This document shows positions 11,701 through 24,187 of a stretch of 64,000 bases of DNA, in pieces; the first letter of the stretch is position 1; every line of letters starts with the position of its first letter. The DNA comes from Squalus acanthias. Taxonomy: Eukaryota. Made by a program: the position numbers and the translations under genes. The notes below the pieces were generated by a model. That model ran no database searches. It saw only the letters and a program-made list of their open reading frames with translations, and had not been told where the DNA came from. The stretch lies in the NCBI GenBank assembly GCA_030390025.1, contig CM059433.1, forward strand, positions 8,310,001 to 8,374,000. Direction: 5' to 3'.

Positions 11701-14700
11701 TGAACTGAAGTGAGAGAGAGAGTGAACTGAAGAGAGAGAGAGTGAACTGAAGAGAGAGAGAGTGAACTGAAGAGAGAGAGAGTGAACTGAAGAGAGAGAG
11801 TGTGAACTGAAGAGAGAGAGAGTGAACTGAAGAGAGAGAGAGAGTGAACTGAAGAGAGAGAGAGTGAACTGAAGAGAGAGAGAGAGTGAACTGAAGAGAG
11901 AGAGAGAGTGAACTGAAGAGAGAGAGAGTGAACTGAAGAGAGAGAGAGAGTGAACTGAAGAGAGAGAGAGAGTGAACTGAAGAGAGAGAGAGTGAACTGA
12001 AGAGAGAGAGAGTGAACTGAAGAGAGAGAGAGTGAACTGAAGAGAGAGAGAGTGAACTGAAGAGAGAGAGAGTGAACTGAAGAGAGAGAGAGAGTGAACT
12101 GAAGAGAGAGAGAGAGTGAACTGAAGAGAGAGAGAGAGTGAACTGAAGAGAGAGAGAGAGTGAACTGAAGAGAGAGAGAGTGAACTGAAGAGAGAGAGAG
12201 TGAACTGAAGAGAGAGAGAGTGAACTGAAGAGAGAGAGAGTGAACTGAAGAGAGAGAGAGTGAACTGAAGAGAGAGAGAGAGTGAACTGAAGAGAGAGAG
12301 AGTGAACTGAAGAGAGAGAGAGTGAACTGAAGAGAGAGAGAGAGTGAACTGAAGAGAGAGAGAGAGTGAACTGAAGAGAGAGAGAGTGAACTGAAGAGAG
12401 AGAGTGAACTGAAGAGAGAGAGAGAGTGAACTGAAGAGAGAGAGAGAGAGTGAACTGAAGAGAGAGAGAGTGAACTGAAGAGAGAGAGAGTGAACTGAAG
12501 AGAGAGAGAGAGTGAACTGAAGAGAGAGAGAGTGAACTGAAGAGAGAGAGAGAGTGAACTGAAGAGAGAGAGAGAGTGAACTGAAGAGAGAGAGAGAGTG
12601 AACTGAAGAGAGAGAGAGTGAACTGAAGAGAGAGAGAGTGAACTGAAGAGAGAGAGAGTGAACTGAAGAGAGAGAGAGTGAACTGAAGAGAGAGAGTGTG
12701 AACTGAAGAGAGAGAGAGTGAACTGAAGAGAGAGAGAGAGTGAACTGAAGAGAGAGAGAGTGAACTGAAGAGAGAGAGAGAGTGAACTGAAGAGAGAGAG
12801 AGAGTGAACTGAAGAGAGAGAGAGTGAACTGAAGAGAGAGAGAGAGTGAACTGAAGAGAGAGAGAGAGTGAACTGAAGAGAGAGAGAGAGTGAACTGAAG
12901 AGAGAGAGAGTGAACTGAAGAGAGAGAGAGTGAACTGAAGTGAGAGAGAGAGTGAACTGAAGAGAGAGAGAGTGAACTGAAGAGAGAGAGAGTGAACTGA
13001 AGAGAGAGAGAGTGAACTGAAGAGAGAGAGTCTGAACTGAAGAGAGAGAGAGTGAACTGAAGAGAGAGAGAGAGTGAACTGAAGAGAGAGAGAGTGAACT
13101 GAAGAGAGAGAGAGTGAACTGAAGAGAGAGAGAGAGTGAACTGAAGAGAGAGAGAGAGTGAACTGAAGAGAGAGAGAGTGAACTGAAGAGAGAGAGAGTG
13201 AACTGAAGAGAGAGAGAGAGTGAACTGAAGAGAGAGAGAGAGTGAACTGAAGAGAGAGAGAGTGAACTGAAGAGAGAGAGAGTGAACTGAAGAGAGAGAG
13301 AGAGTGAACTGAAGAGAGAGAGTGAACTGAAGAGAGAGAGAGAGTGAACTGAAGAGAGAGAGAGAGTGAACTGAAGAGAGAGAGAGAGAGTGAACTGAAG
13401 AGAGAGAGAGAGTGAACTGAAGAGAGAGAGAGAGTGAACTAAAGAGAGAGAGAGAGTGAACTGAAGAGAGAGAGAGAGAGTGAACTGAAGAGAGAGAGAG
13501 AGTGAACTGAAGAGAGAGCGAGAGTGAACTGAAGAGAGAGAGAGAGTGAACTGAAGAGAGAGAGAGAGAGAGTGAACTGAAGAGAGAGAGAGAGTGAACT
13601 GAAGAGAGAGAGAGAGTGAACTGAAGAGAGAGAGAGAGTGAACTGAAGAGAGAGAGAGTGAACTGAAGAGAGAGAGAGAGTGAACTGAAGAGAGAGAGAG
13701 AGAGTGAACTGAAGAGAGAGAGAGTGAACTGAAGAGAGAGAGAGTGAACTGAAGAGAGAGAGAGTGAACTGAAGAGAGAGAGAGAGTGAACTGAAGAGAG
13801 AGAGAGTGAACTGAAGAGAGAGAGTGAACTGAAGAGAGAGAGAGAGAGTGAACTGAAGAGAGAGAGAGTGAACTGAAGAGAGAGAGAGAGTGAACTGAAG
13901 AGAGAGAGAGAGTGAACTGAAGAGAGAGAGAGAGTGAACTGAAGAGAGAGAGAGAGAGTGAACTGAAGAGAGAGAGAGAGAGTGAACTGAAGAGAGAGCG
14001 AGTGAACTGAAGAGAGAGAGAGTGAACTGAAGAGAGAGAGAGTGAACTGAAGAGAGAGAGTGAACTGAAGAGAGAGAGAGAGTGAACTGAAGAGAGAGAG
14101 AGAGTGAACTGAAGAGAGAGAGTGAACTGAAGAGAGAGAGAGTGAACTGAAGAGAGAGAGAGGGAACTGAAGAGAGAGAGAGTGAACTGAAGAGAGAGAG
14201 AGTGAACTGAAGAGAGAGAGAGTGAACTGAAGAGAGAGAGTGAACTGAAGAGAGAGAGAGAGTGAACTGAAGAGAGAGAGAGAGTGAACTGAAGAGAGAG
14301 AGAGAGTGAACTGAAGAGAGAGAGAGTGAACTGAAGAGAGAGAGAGTGAACTGAAGAGAGAGAGAGTGAACTGAAGAGAGAGAGTGAACTGAAGAGAGAG
14401 AGAGTGAACTGAAGAGAGAGAGAGAGTGAACTGAAGAGAGAGAGAGTGAACTGAAGAGAGAGAGTGAACTGAAGAGAGAGAGAGAGTGAACTGAAGAGAG
14501 AGAGTGAACTGAAGAGAGAGAGAGTGAACTGAAGAGAGAGAGAGTGAACTGAAGAGAGAGAGAGAGTGAACTGAAGAGAGAGAGAGTGAACTGAAGAGAG
14601 AGAGAGAGTGCACTGAAGAGAGAGAGTGAACTGAAGATAGAGAGAGAGTGAACTGAAGAGAGAGAGAGTGAACTGAAGAGAGAGAGAGTGAGCTGAAGAG

Positions 14701-17700
14701 AGAGAGAGAGTGAACTGAAGAGAGAGAGAGTGAACTGAAGAGAGAGAGAGAGTGAACTGAAGACAGAGAGAGAGTGAACTGAAGAGAGAGAGAGTGAACT
14801 GAAGAGAGAGAGAGAGGGAACTGAAGAGAGAGAGAGTGAACTGAAGAGAGAGAGAGTGAACTGAAGAGAGAGAGAGAGTGAACTGAAGAGAGAGAGAGTG
14901 AACTGAAGAGAGAGAGAGTGAACTGAAGAGAGAGAGAGAGTGAACTGAAGACAGAGAGAGAGTGAACTGAAGAGAGAGAGAGTGAACTGAAGAGAGAGAG
15001 AGAGGGAACTGAAGAGAGAGAGAGTGAACTGAAGAGAGAGAGAGTGAACTGAAGAGAGAGAGAGAGTGAACTGAAGACAGAGAGAGAGTGAACTGAAGAG
15101 AGAGAGAGTGAACTGAAGAGAGAGAGTAAACTGAAGAGACAGAGAGTGAACTGAAGAGAGAGAGAGAGTGAACTGAAGAGAGAGAGAGAGAGTGAACTGA
15201 AGAGAGAGAGAGTGAACTGAAGAGAGAGAGAGTGAACTGAAGTGAGAGAGAGTGAACTGAAGAGAGAGAGAGAGAGTGAACTGGAGAGAGAGAGAGAGAA
15301 CTGAAGAGAGAGAGAGTGAACTGAAGAGAGAGAGAGTGAACTGAAGAGAGAGAGAGTGAACTGAAGAGAGAGAGAGAGTGAACTGAAGAGAGAGAGAGAG
15401 TGAACTGAAGAGAGAGAGAGTGAACTGAAGAGAGAGAGAGTGAACAGAAGAGAGAGAGAGAGAGTGAACTGAAGAGAGAGAGAGAGAGTGAACTGAAGAG
15501 AGAGAGAGAGTGAACTGAAGAGAGAGAGAGTGAACTGAAGAGAGAGAGAGTGAACTGAAGAGAGAGAGAGTGAACTGAAGAGAGAGAGAGTGTGAACTGA
15601 AGAGAGAGAGAGAGTGAACTGAAGAGAGAGAGAGAGTGAACTGAAGAGAGAGAGAGTGAACTGAAGAGAGAGAGAGTGAACTGAAGAGAGAGAGAGTGAA
15701 CTGAAGAGAGAGAGTAAACTGAAGAGACAGAGAGTGAACTGAAGAGAGAGAGAGAGTGAACTGAAGAGAGAGAGAGAGAGTGAACTGAAGAGAGAGAGAG
15801 TGAACTGAAGAGAGAGAGAGTGAACTGAAGTGAGAGAGAGTGAACTGAAGAGAGAGAGAGTGAACTGAAGAGAGAGAGAGAGAGTGAACTGGAGAGAGAG
15901 AGAGAGAACTGAAGAGAGAGAGAGTGAACTGAAGAGAGAGAGAGTGAACTGAAGAGAGAGAGAGTGAACTGAAGAGAGAGAGAGAGTGAACTGAAGAGAG
16001 AGAGAGAGTGAACTGAAGAGAGAGAGAGTGAACTGAAGAGAGAGAGAGTGAACAGAAGAGAGAGAGAGAGAGTGAACTGAAGAGAGAGAGAGAGAGTGAA
16101 CTGAAGAGAGAGAGAGAGTGAACTGAAGAGAGAGAGAGTGAACTGAAGAGAGAGAGAGTGAACTGAAGAGAGAGAGAATGAACTGAAGAGAGAGAGAGAG
16201 TGTGAACTGAAGAGAGAGAGAGAGTGAACTGAAGAGAGAGAGAGAGTGAACTGAAGAGAGAGAGAGTGAACTGAAGAGAGAGAGAGTGTGAACTGAAGAG
16301 AGAGAGAGTGTGAACTGAAGAGAGAGAGAGAGAACTGAAGAGAGAGAGAGTGTGAACTGAAGAGAGAGAGAGAGAGTGAACTGAAGAGAGAGAGAGTGAA
16401 CTGGAGAGAGAGAGAGAGTGAACTGAAGAGAGAGAGAGAGTGAACTGAAGAGAGAGAGAGTGAACTGAAGAGAGAGAGAGTGAACTGAAGAGAGAGAGAA
16501 TGAACTGAAGAGAGAGAGAGTGAACTGAAGAGAGAGAGAGTGAACTGAAGAGAGAGAGAGAGTGAACTGAAGAGAGCGAGAGTGAACTGAAGAGAGAGAG
16601 AGAGAGTGAACTGAAGAGAGAGAGAGAGTGAACTGAAGAGAGAGAGATTGAACTGAAGAGAGAGAGAGAGTGAACTGAAGAGAGAGAGAGAGTGAACTGA
16701 AGAGAGAGAGAGTGAACTGAAGAGAGAGAGAGAGTGAACTGAAGAGAGAGAGAGTGAACTGAAGAGAGAGAGAGTGTGAACTGAAGAGAGAGAGAGAGAA
16801 CTGGAGAGAGAGAGAATGAACTGAAGAGAGAGAGAGTGAACTGAAGAGAGAGAGAGTGAACTGGAGAGAGAGAGAATGAACTGAAGAGAGAGAGAGTGAA
16901 CTGAAGAGAGAGAGAGAGTGAACTGAAGAGAGAGAGAGTGAACTGAAGAGAGAGAGAGTGAACTGAAGAGGGAGAGAGAGTGAACTGAAGAGAGAGAGAG
17001 TGAACTGAAGAGAGAGAGAGAGTGAAGTGAAGAGAGAGAGAGAGTGAACTGAAGAGAGAGAGAGAGTGAACTGAAGAGAGAGAGAGTGAACTGAAGAGAG
17101 AGAGAGTGAACTGAAGAGAGAGAGAGAGTGAACTGAAGAGAGAGAGTGTGAACTGAAGAGAGAGAGAGTGAACTGAAGAGAGAGAGAGAGAGTGAACTGA
17201 AGAGAGAGAGTGTGAACTGAAGAGAGAGAGAGTGAACTGAAGAGAGAGAGAGAGTGAACTGAAGAGAGAGAGAGTGAACTGAAGAGAGAGAGAGTGAACT
17301 GAAGAGAGAGAGAGTGAACTGAAGAGAGAGAGAGTGAACTGAAGAGAGAGAGAGTGAACTGAAGAGAGAGAGAGAGTGAACTGAAGAGAGAGAGAGTGTG
17401 AACTGAAGGGAGAGAGAGAGTGAACTGAAGAGAGAGAGAGTGAACTGAAGAGAGAGAGAGAGTGAACTGAAGAGAGAGAGAGAGTGAACTGAAGAGAGAG
17501 AGAGAGATTGAACTGAAGAGAGAGAGAGTGAACTGAAGAGAGAGAGAGTGAACTGAAGAGAGAGAGAGAGTGAACTGAAGAGAGAGAGAGAGTGAACTGA
17601 AGAGAGAGAGAGATTGAACTGAAGAGAGAGAGAGTGAACTGAAGAGAGAGAGAGAGTGAACTGAAGAGAGAGAGAGAGTGAACTGAAGAGAGAGAGAGTG

Positions 17701-20700
17701 AACTGAAGAGAGAGAGAGTGAACTGAAGAGACAGAGTGAACTGAAGAGAGAGAGAGTGAACTGAAGAGAGAGAGAGAGTGAACTGAAGAGAGAGAGAGAG
17801 TGAACTGAAGAGAGAGAGAGAGTGAACTGAAGAGAGAGAGAGTGAACTGAAGAGAGAGAGAGTGAACTGAAGAGAGAGAGAGAGTGAACTGAAGAGAGAG
17901 AGAGAGTGAACTGAAGAGAGAGAGAGTGAACTGAAGAGAGAGAGAGAGTGAACTGAAGAGAGAGAGAGTGAACTGAAGAGAGAGAGAGTGAACTGAAGAG
18001 AGAGAGAGAGTGAACCGAAGAGAGAGAGAGAGTGAACTGAAGAGAGAGAGAGTGAACTGAAGAGAGTGAGAGTGAACTGAAGAGAGCGAGAGTGAACTGA
18101 AGAGAGCGAGAGTGAACTGAAGAGAGAGAGAGTGAACTGAAGAGAGAGAGAGTAAACTGAAGGGAGAGAGAGAGTGAACTGAAGAGAGAGAGAGTGAACT
18201 GAAGGGAGAGAGTGAACTGAAGAGAGAGAGTGAACTGAAGAGAGAGAGAGAGTGAACTGAAGAGAGAGAGAGTGTGAACTGAAGAGAGAGAGAGTGAACT
18301 GAAGAGAGCGAGAGTGAACTGAAGAGAGCGAGAGTGAACTGAAGGGAGAGAGAGAGTGAACTGAAGAGAGAGAGAGTGTGAACTGAAGAGAGAGAGAGTG
18401 AACTGAAGAGAGAGAGAGTGAACTGAAGGGAGAGAGAGAGTGAACTGAAGAGAGAGAGAGTGTGAACTGAAGAGAGAGAGAGTGAACTGAAGAGAGAGAG
18501 AGTGAACTGAAGAGAGAGAGAGTGAACTGAAGAGAGAGAGAGTGAACTGAAGAGAGAGAGAGTGAACTGAAGAGAGAGAGAGAACTGAAGAGAGAGAGAG
18601 AGTGAACTGAAGAGAGAGAGAGAGTGAACTGAAGAGAGAGAGAGAGTGAACTGAAGAGAGAGAGAGAGTGAACTGAAGAGAGAGAGAGAGTGAACTGAAG
18701 AGAGAGAGAGAGAGAACTGAAGAGAGAGAGAGAGTGAACTGAAGAGAGAGAGAGAGTGAACTGAAGAGAGAGAGAGAGTGAACTGAAGAGAGAGAGAGTG
18801 AACTGAAGAGAGAGAGAGAACTGAAGAGAGAGAGAGTGTGAACTGAAGAGAGAGAGAGTGAACTGAAGAGAGAGAGAGAGTGAACTGAAGTGAGAGAGAG
18901 TGAACTGAAGAGAGAGAGAGTGAACTGAAGAGAGAGAGAGTGTGAACTGAAGAGAGAGAGAGTGTGAACTGAAGAGAGAGAGTGAACTGAAGTGAGAGAG
19001 AGTGAACTGAAGAGAGAGAGAGTGAACTGAAGAGAGAGAGAGAGAGTGAACTGAAGTGAGAGAGAGTGAACTGAAGAGAGAGAGAGTGAACTGAAGAGAG
19101 AGAGAGAGAGTGAACTGAAGAGAGAGAGAGTGAACAGAAGAGAGAGAGAGTGAACTGAAGAGAGAGAGAGTGAACTGAAGAGAGAGAGAGTGAACTGAAG
19201 AGAGAGAGAGAGTGAACTGAAGAGAGAGAGAGTGAACTGAAGAGAGAGAGAGAACTGAAGAGAGAGAGAGAGTGAACTGAAGAGAGAGAGAGTGTGAACT
19301 GAAGAGAGAGAGAGTGAACTGAAGAGAGAGAGAGAGAGTGAACTGAAGTGAGAGAGAGTGAACTGAAGAGAGAGAGAGTGAACTGAAGAGAGAGAGAGAG
19401 AGTGAACTGAAGTCAGAGAGAGTGAACTGAAGAGAGAGAGAGTGAACTGAAGAGAGAGAGAGTGTGAACTGAAGAGAGAGAGAGTGTGAACTGAAGAGAG
19501 AGAGAGAGTGAACTGAAGTGAGAGAGAGTGAACTGAAGAGAGAGAGAGTGAACTGAAGAGAGAGAGAGTGAACTGAAGAGAGAGAGAGAGTGAACTGAAG
19601 AGAGAGAGAGAGAGTGAACTGAAGTGAGAGAGAGTGAACTGAAGAGAGAGAGAGTGAACTGAAGAGAGAGAGAGAGAGTGAACTGAAGAGAGAGAGAGTG
19701 AACAGAAGAGAGAGAGAGTGAACTGAAGAGAGAGAGAGTGAACTGAAGAGAGAGAGAGTGAACTGAAGAGAGAGAGAGAGAGTGAACTGAAGAGAGAGAG
19801 AGTGAACAGAAGAGAGAGAGAGTGAACTGAAGAGAGAGAGAGAGTGAACTGAAGAGAGAGAGAGTGAACTGAAGAGAGAGAGAGAGTGAACTGCAGAGAG
19901 AGAGAGAGAGAGTGAACTGAAGAGAGAGAGAGAGAGTGAACTGAAGAGAGAGAGAGAGAGTGAACTGAAGAGAGAGAGAGAGTGAACTGAAGAGAGAGAG
20001 AGAGAGTGAACTGAAGAGAGAGAGAGAGTGAACTGAAGAGAGAGAGAGTGAACTGAAGAGAGAGAGAGTGAACTGAAGAGAGAGAAAGTGAACTGAAGAG
20101 AGAGAGAGAGTGAACTGAAGAGAGAGAGAGTGAACTGAAGAGAGAGAGAGAGTGAACTGAAGAGAGAGAGAGTGAACTGAAGAGAGAGAGAGTGAACTGA
20201 AGAGAGAGAGAGAGTGAACTGAAGAGAGAGAGAGAGTGAACTGAAGAGAGAGAGAGTGAACTGAAGAGAGAGAGAGAGTGAACTGAAGAGAGAGAGAGTG
20301 AACTGAAGAGAGAGAGAGAGTGAACTGAAGAGAGAGAGAGAGTGAACTGAAGAGAGAGAGAGTGAACTGAAGAGAGAGAGAGTGAACTGAAGAGAGAGAG
20401 AGTGAACTGAAGAGAGAGAGAGAGTGAACTGAAGAGAGAGAGAGAGTGAACTGAAGAGAGAGAGAGTGAACTGAAGAGAGAGAGTGAACTGAAGAGAGAG
20501 AGAGTGAACTGAAGAGAGAGAGAGAGTGAACTGAAGAGAGAGAGAGTGAACTGAAGAGAGAGAGAGTGAACTGAAGAGAGAGAGAGAGTGAACCGAAGAG
20601 AGAGAGAGTGAACTGAAGAGAGAGAGAGTGAACTGAAGAGAGAGAGAGTGAACTGAAGAGAGAGAGAGAGTGAACTGAAGAGAGAGAGAGAGAGAGTGAA

Positions 20701-23570
20701 GTGAAGAGAGAGAGAGTGAACTGAAGAGAGAGAGTGAACTGAAGAGAGAGAGAGTGAACTGAAGAGAGAGAGAGAGTGAACTGAAGAGAGAGAGAGTGAA
20801 CTGAAGAGAGAGAGAGTGAACTGAAGAGAGAGAGAGAGTGAACTGAAGAGAGAGAGAGTGAACTGAAGAGAGAGAGAGTGAACTGAAGAGAGAGAGAGAG
20901 TGAACTGAAGAGAGAGAGAGAGTGAACTGAAGAGAGAGAGAGTGAACTGAAGAGAGAGAGTGAACTGAAGAGAGAGAGAGTGAACTGAAGAGAGAGAGAG
21001 AGTGAACTGAAGAGAGAGAGAGTGAACTGAAGAGAGAGAGAGTGAACTGAAGAGAGAGAGAGAGTGAACTGAAGAGAGAGAGAGAGTGAACTGAAGAGAG
21101 AGAGAGTGAACTGAAGAGAGAGAGTGAACTGAAGAGAGAGAGAGTGAACTGAAGAGAGAGAGAGTGAACTGAAGAGAGAGAGAGAGTGAACTGAAGAGAG
21201 AGAGAGTGAACCGAAGAGAGAGAGAGTGAACTGAAGAGAGAGAGAGAGTGAACTGAAGAGAGAGAGAGTGAACCGAAGAGAGAGAGAGTGAACTGAAGAG
21301 AGAGAGAGTGAACTGAAGAGAGAGAGAGTGAACTGAAGAGAGAGAGAGAGTGAACTGAAGAGAGAGAGAGTGAACTGAAGGGAGAGAGAGAGTGAACTGA
21401 AGAGAGAGAGTGAACTGAAGAGAGAGAGAGTGAACTGAAGAGAGAGAGAGTGAACTGAAGAGAGAGAGAGAGTGAACTGAAGAGAGAGAGAGTGAACTGA
21501 AGAGAGAGAGAGTGAACTGAAGAGAGAGAGAGAGTGAACTGAAGAGAGAGAGAGTGAACTGAAGAGAGAGAGAGATTGAACTGAAGAGAGAGAGAGAGTG
21601 AACTGAAGAGAGAGAGAGTGAACTGAAGAGAGAGAGAGAGTGAACTGAAGAGAGAGAGAGAGTGAACTGAAGAGAGAGAGAGAGTGAACTGAAGAGAGAG
21701 AGAGAGAGTGAACTGAAGAGAGAGAGAGTGTGAACTGAAGAGAGAGAGAGAGAGTGAACTGAAGAGAGAGAGAGAGTGAACTGAAGAGAGAGAGAGAGTG
21801 AACTGAAGAGAGAGAGAGTGTGAACTGAAGAGAGAGAGAGTGAACTGAAGAGAGAGAGAGAGTGAACTGAAGAGAGAGAGAGAGAGTGAACTGAAGAGAG
21901 AGAGAGAGTGAACTGAAGAGAGAGAGAGTGAACTGAAGAGAGAGAGAGTGAACTGAAGAGAGAGAGAGTGAACTGAAGAGAGAGAGAGTGAACTGAAGAG
22001 AGAGAGAGTGAACTGAAGAGAGAGAGAGTGAACTGAAGGGAGAGAGAGTGAACTGAAGAGAGAGAGAGAGTGAACTGAAGAGAGAGAGAGAGTGAACTGA
22101 AGAGAGTGAGAGTGAACTGAAGAGAGAGAGAGAGTGAACTGAAGAGAGAGAGAGTGAACTGAAGAGAGAGAGAGTGAACTGAAGAGAGAGAGAGTGAACT
22201 GAAGAGAGAGAGAGTGAACTGAAGGGAGAGAGAGAGTGAACTGAAGAGAGAGAGAGTGTGAACTGAAGAGAGAGAGAGTGAACTGAAGAGAGAGAGAGAG
22301 TGAACTGAAGAGAGAGAGAAAACTGAAGAGAGAGAGAGAGAGTGAACTGAAGTGAGAGAGAGTGAACTGAAGAGAGAGAGTGTGAACTGAAGAGAGAGAG
22401 AGTGAACTGAAGAGAGAGAGAGAGTGAACTGAAGAGAGAGAGAGTGAACTGAAGAGAGAGAGAGAGTGAACTGCAGAGAGAGAGAGAGAGTGAACTGAAG
22501 AGAGAGAGAGAGAGTGAACTGAAGAGAGAGAGAGAGTGAACTGAAGAGAGAGAGAGTGAACTGAAGAGAGAGAGAGTGAACTGAAGAGAGAGAGAGAGTG
22601 AACTGAAGAGAGAGAGAGTGAACTGAAGAGAGAGAGAGTGAACTGAAGGGAGAGAGAGAGTGAACTGAAGAGAGAGAGAGAGTGAACTGAAGAGAGAGAG
22701 AGAGTGAACTGAAGAGAGAGAGAGTGAACTGAAGAGAGAGAGAGTGAACTGAAGAGAGAGAGAGAGTGAACTGAAGAGAGAGAAAGTGTGAACTGAAGAG
22801 AGAGAGAGAGTGAACTGAAGAGAGAGAGAGAGTGAACTGAAGAGAGAGAGAGAGTGAACTGAAGAGAGAGAGAGAGAGTGAACTGAAGAGAGAGAGAGTG
22901 AACTGAAGAGAGAGAGAGAGTGAACTGAAGAGAGAGAGAGTGTGAACTGAAGAGAGAGAGAGAGTGAACTGAAGAGAGAGAGAGAGTGAACTGAAGAGAG
23001 AGAGAGAGTGAACTGAAGAGAGAGAGAGAGAGTGAACTGAAGAGAGAGAGAGTGAACTGAAGAGAGAGAGAGAGTGAACTGAAGGGAGAGAGAGAGTGAA
23101 CTGAAGAGAGAGAGAGAGTGAACTGAAGAGAGAGAGAGTGAACTGAAGAGAGAGAGAGAGTGAACTGAAGAGAGAGAGAGTGAACTGAAGAGAGAGAGAG
23201 TGAACTGAAGAGAGAGAGAGAGAGTGAACTGAAGAGAGAGAGAGAGTGAACTGAAGAGAGAGAGAGAGTGAACTGAAGAGAGAGAGAGTGAACTGAAGAG
23301 AGAGAGAGTGAACTGAAGAGAGAGAGAGTGAACTGAAGAGAGAGAGAGAGTGAACTGAAGAGAGAGAGAGTGAACTGAAGAGAGAGAGAGTGAACTGAAG
23401 AGAGAGAGAGTGAACTGAAGAGAGAGAGAGAGTGAACTGAAGAGAGAGAGAGAGTGAACTGAAGAGAGAGAGAGTGAACTGAAGAGAGAGAGAGAGTGAA
23501 CTGAAGAGAGAGAGAGAGTGAACTGAAGAGAGAGAGAGTGAACTGAAGAGAGAGAGAGTGTGAGTGTGAA
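5748..23570. repeat. ~17.8-kb compound tandem satellite, unit GTGAACTGAA(GA)n, mostly 18-26 nt, roughly 850 units (estimate)
   Basis: Directly visible: constant GTGAACTGAA core with a variable-length GA tract and scattered single-base variants. Confidence 0.99.
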
Positions 23571-24187
23571 TTGTGAGAGAGGTTAAAGGGAGCATGAACT
23601 GTGGGGTGGGAATGTGTGCCAGTGTGAAGTGGAGGAGTTTTAAAGCAACTTTAAAGCAATTTTCAACATGAAGCAATTTAACAACCAGACTTAGCAACAC
23701 CGTACCAGCCAGTGTACATTCAGAATAACCCACTATTTCCCTGCAAGAAGTGAGGGAAGATTGCCGCAAGTTTTGTCACAACCCTCTGCAGTGTTTCACT
23801 GGCCCTGGTCAGCAGCCCACAGAAAAAAACGGGGCGAAGGTGCATAATCCTGGAAAAATGTCCAATCATAAACTGATAAAATAATTACATAGAATGTTTT
23901 CTGGTGCATTGGGGGTGGGCGGGTCTAATATCACAAAGCAGGCTATTGGTCCACCCAAAATAGGGTTCTTTTCTCTGCCGAGTTGATCCCTGTACAGTGT
24001 TTTTCCAGTGCTCTGACGTTTTGACAGTAAATAAGACACCATTTTTAACCTCCAATCATAAAGGTTATCTGAATATAGACTCAAAAGTGGGACACATCTC
24101 TGTACCTACAGCAGCAGCAGCGAAGTGAACACCGCTTGTCAGCTCCCTTAGTTTATGAAAAAGCAAATTAGAATTTGCACCAAGATA

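Noticed and set aside
5748..23570. CRISPR-like array (constant repeat plus variable spacer)
   Set aside because: The 'spacers' are only GA tracts, the core is 10 nt, there are no cas genes, and the context is eukaryotic
5748..23570. Telomeric or interstitial telomeric repeat
   Set aside because: No TTAGGG or similar G-run unit
5656..23769. 6037-aa and 1399-aa Ser/Leu-rich ORFs as real giant proteins
   Set aside because: They are translations of the satellite; stops are absent by composition, all frames give the same motifs, unit lengths are not multiples of 3, and the start is non-ATG
24035..24085. UBE2Q-like E2 motif (DNLYDWRLK)
   Set aside because: Only a short resemblance; neighbouring residues do not fit an E2 fold as far as I can tell
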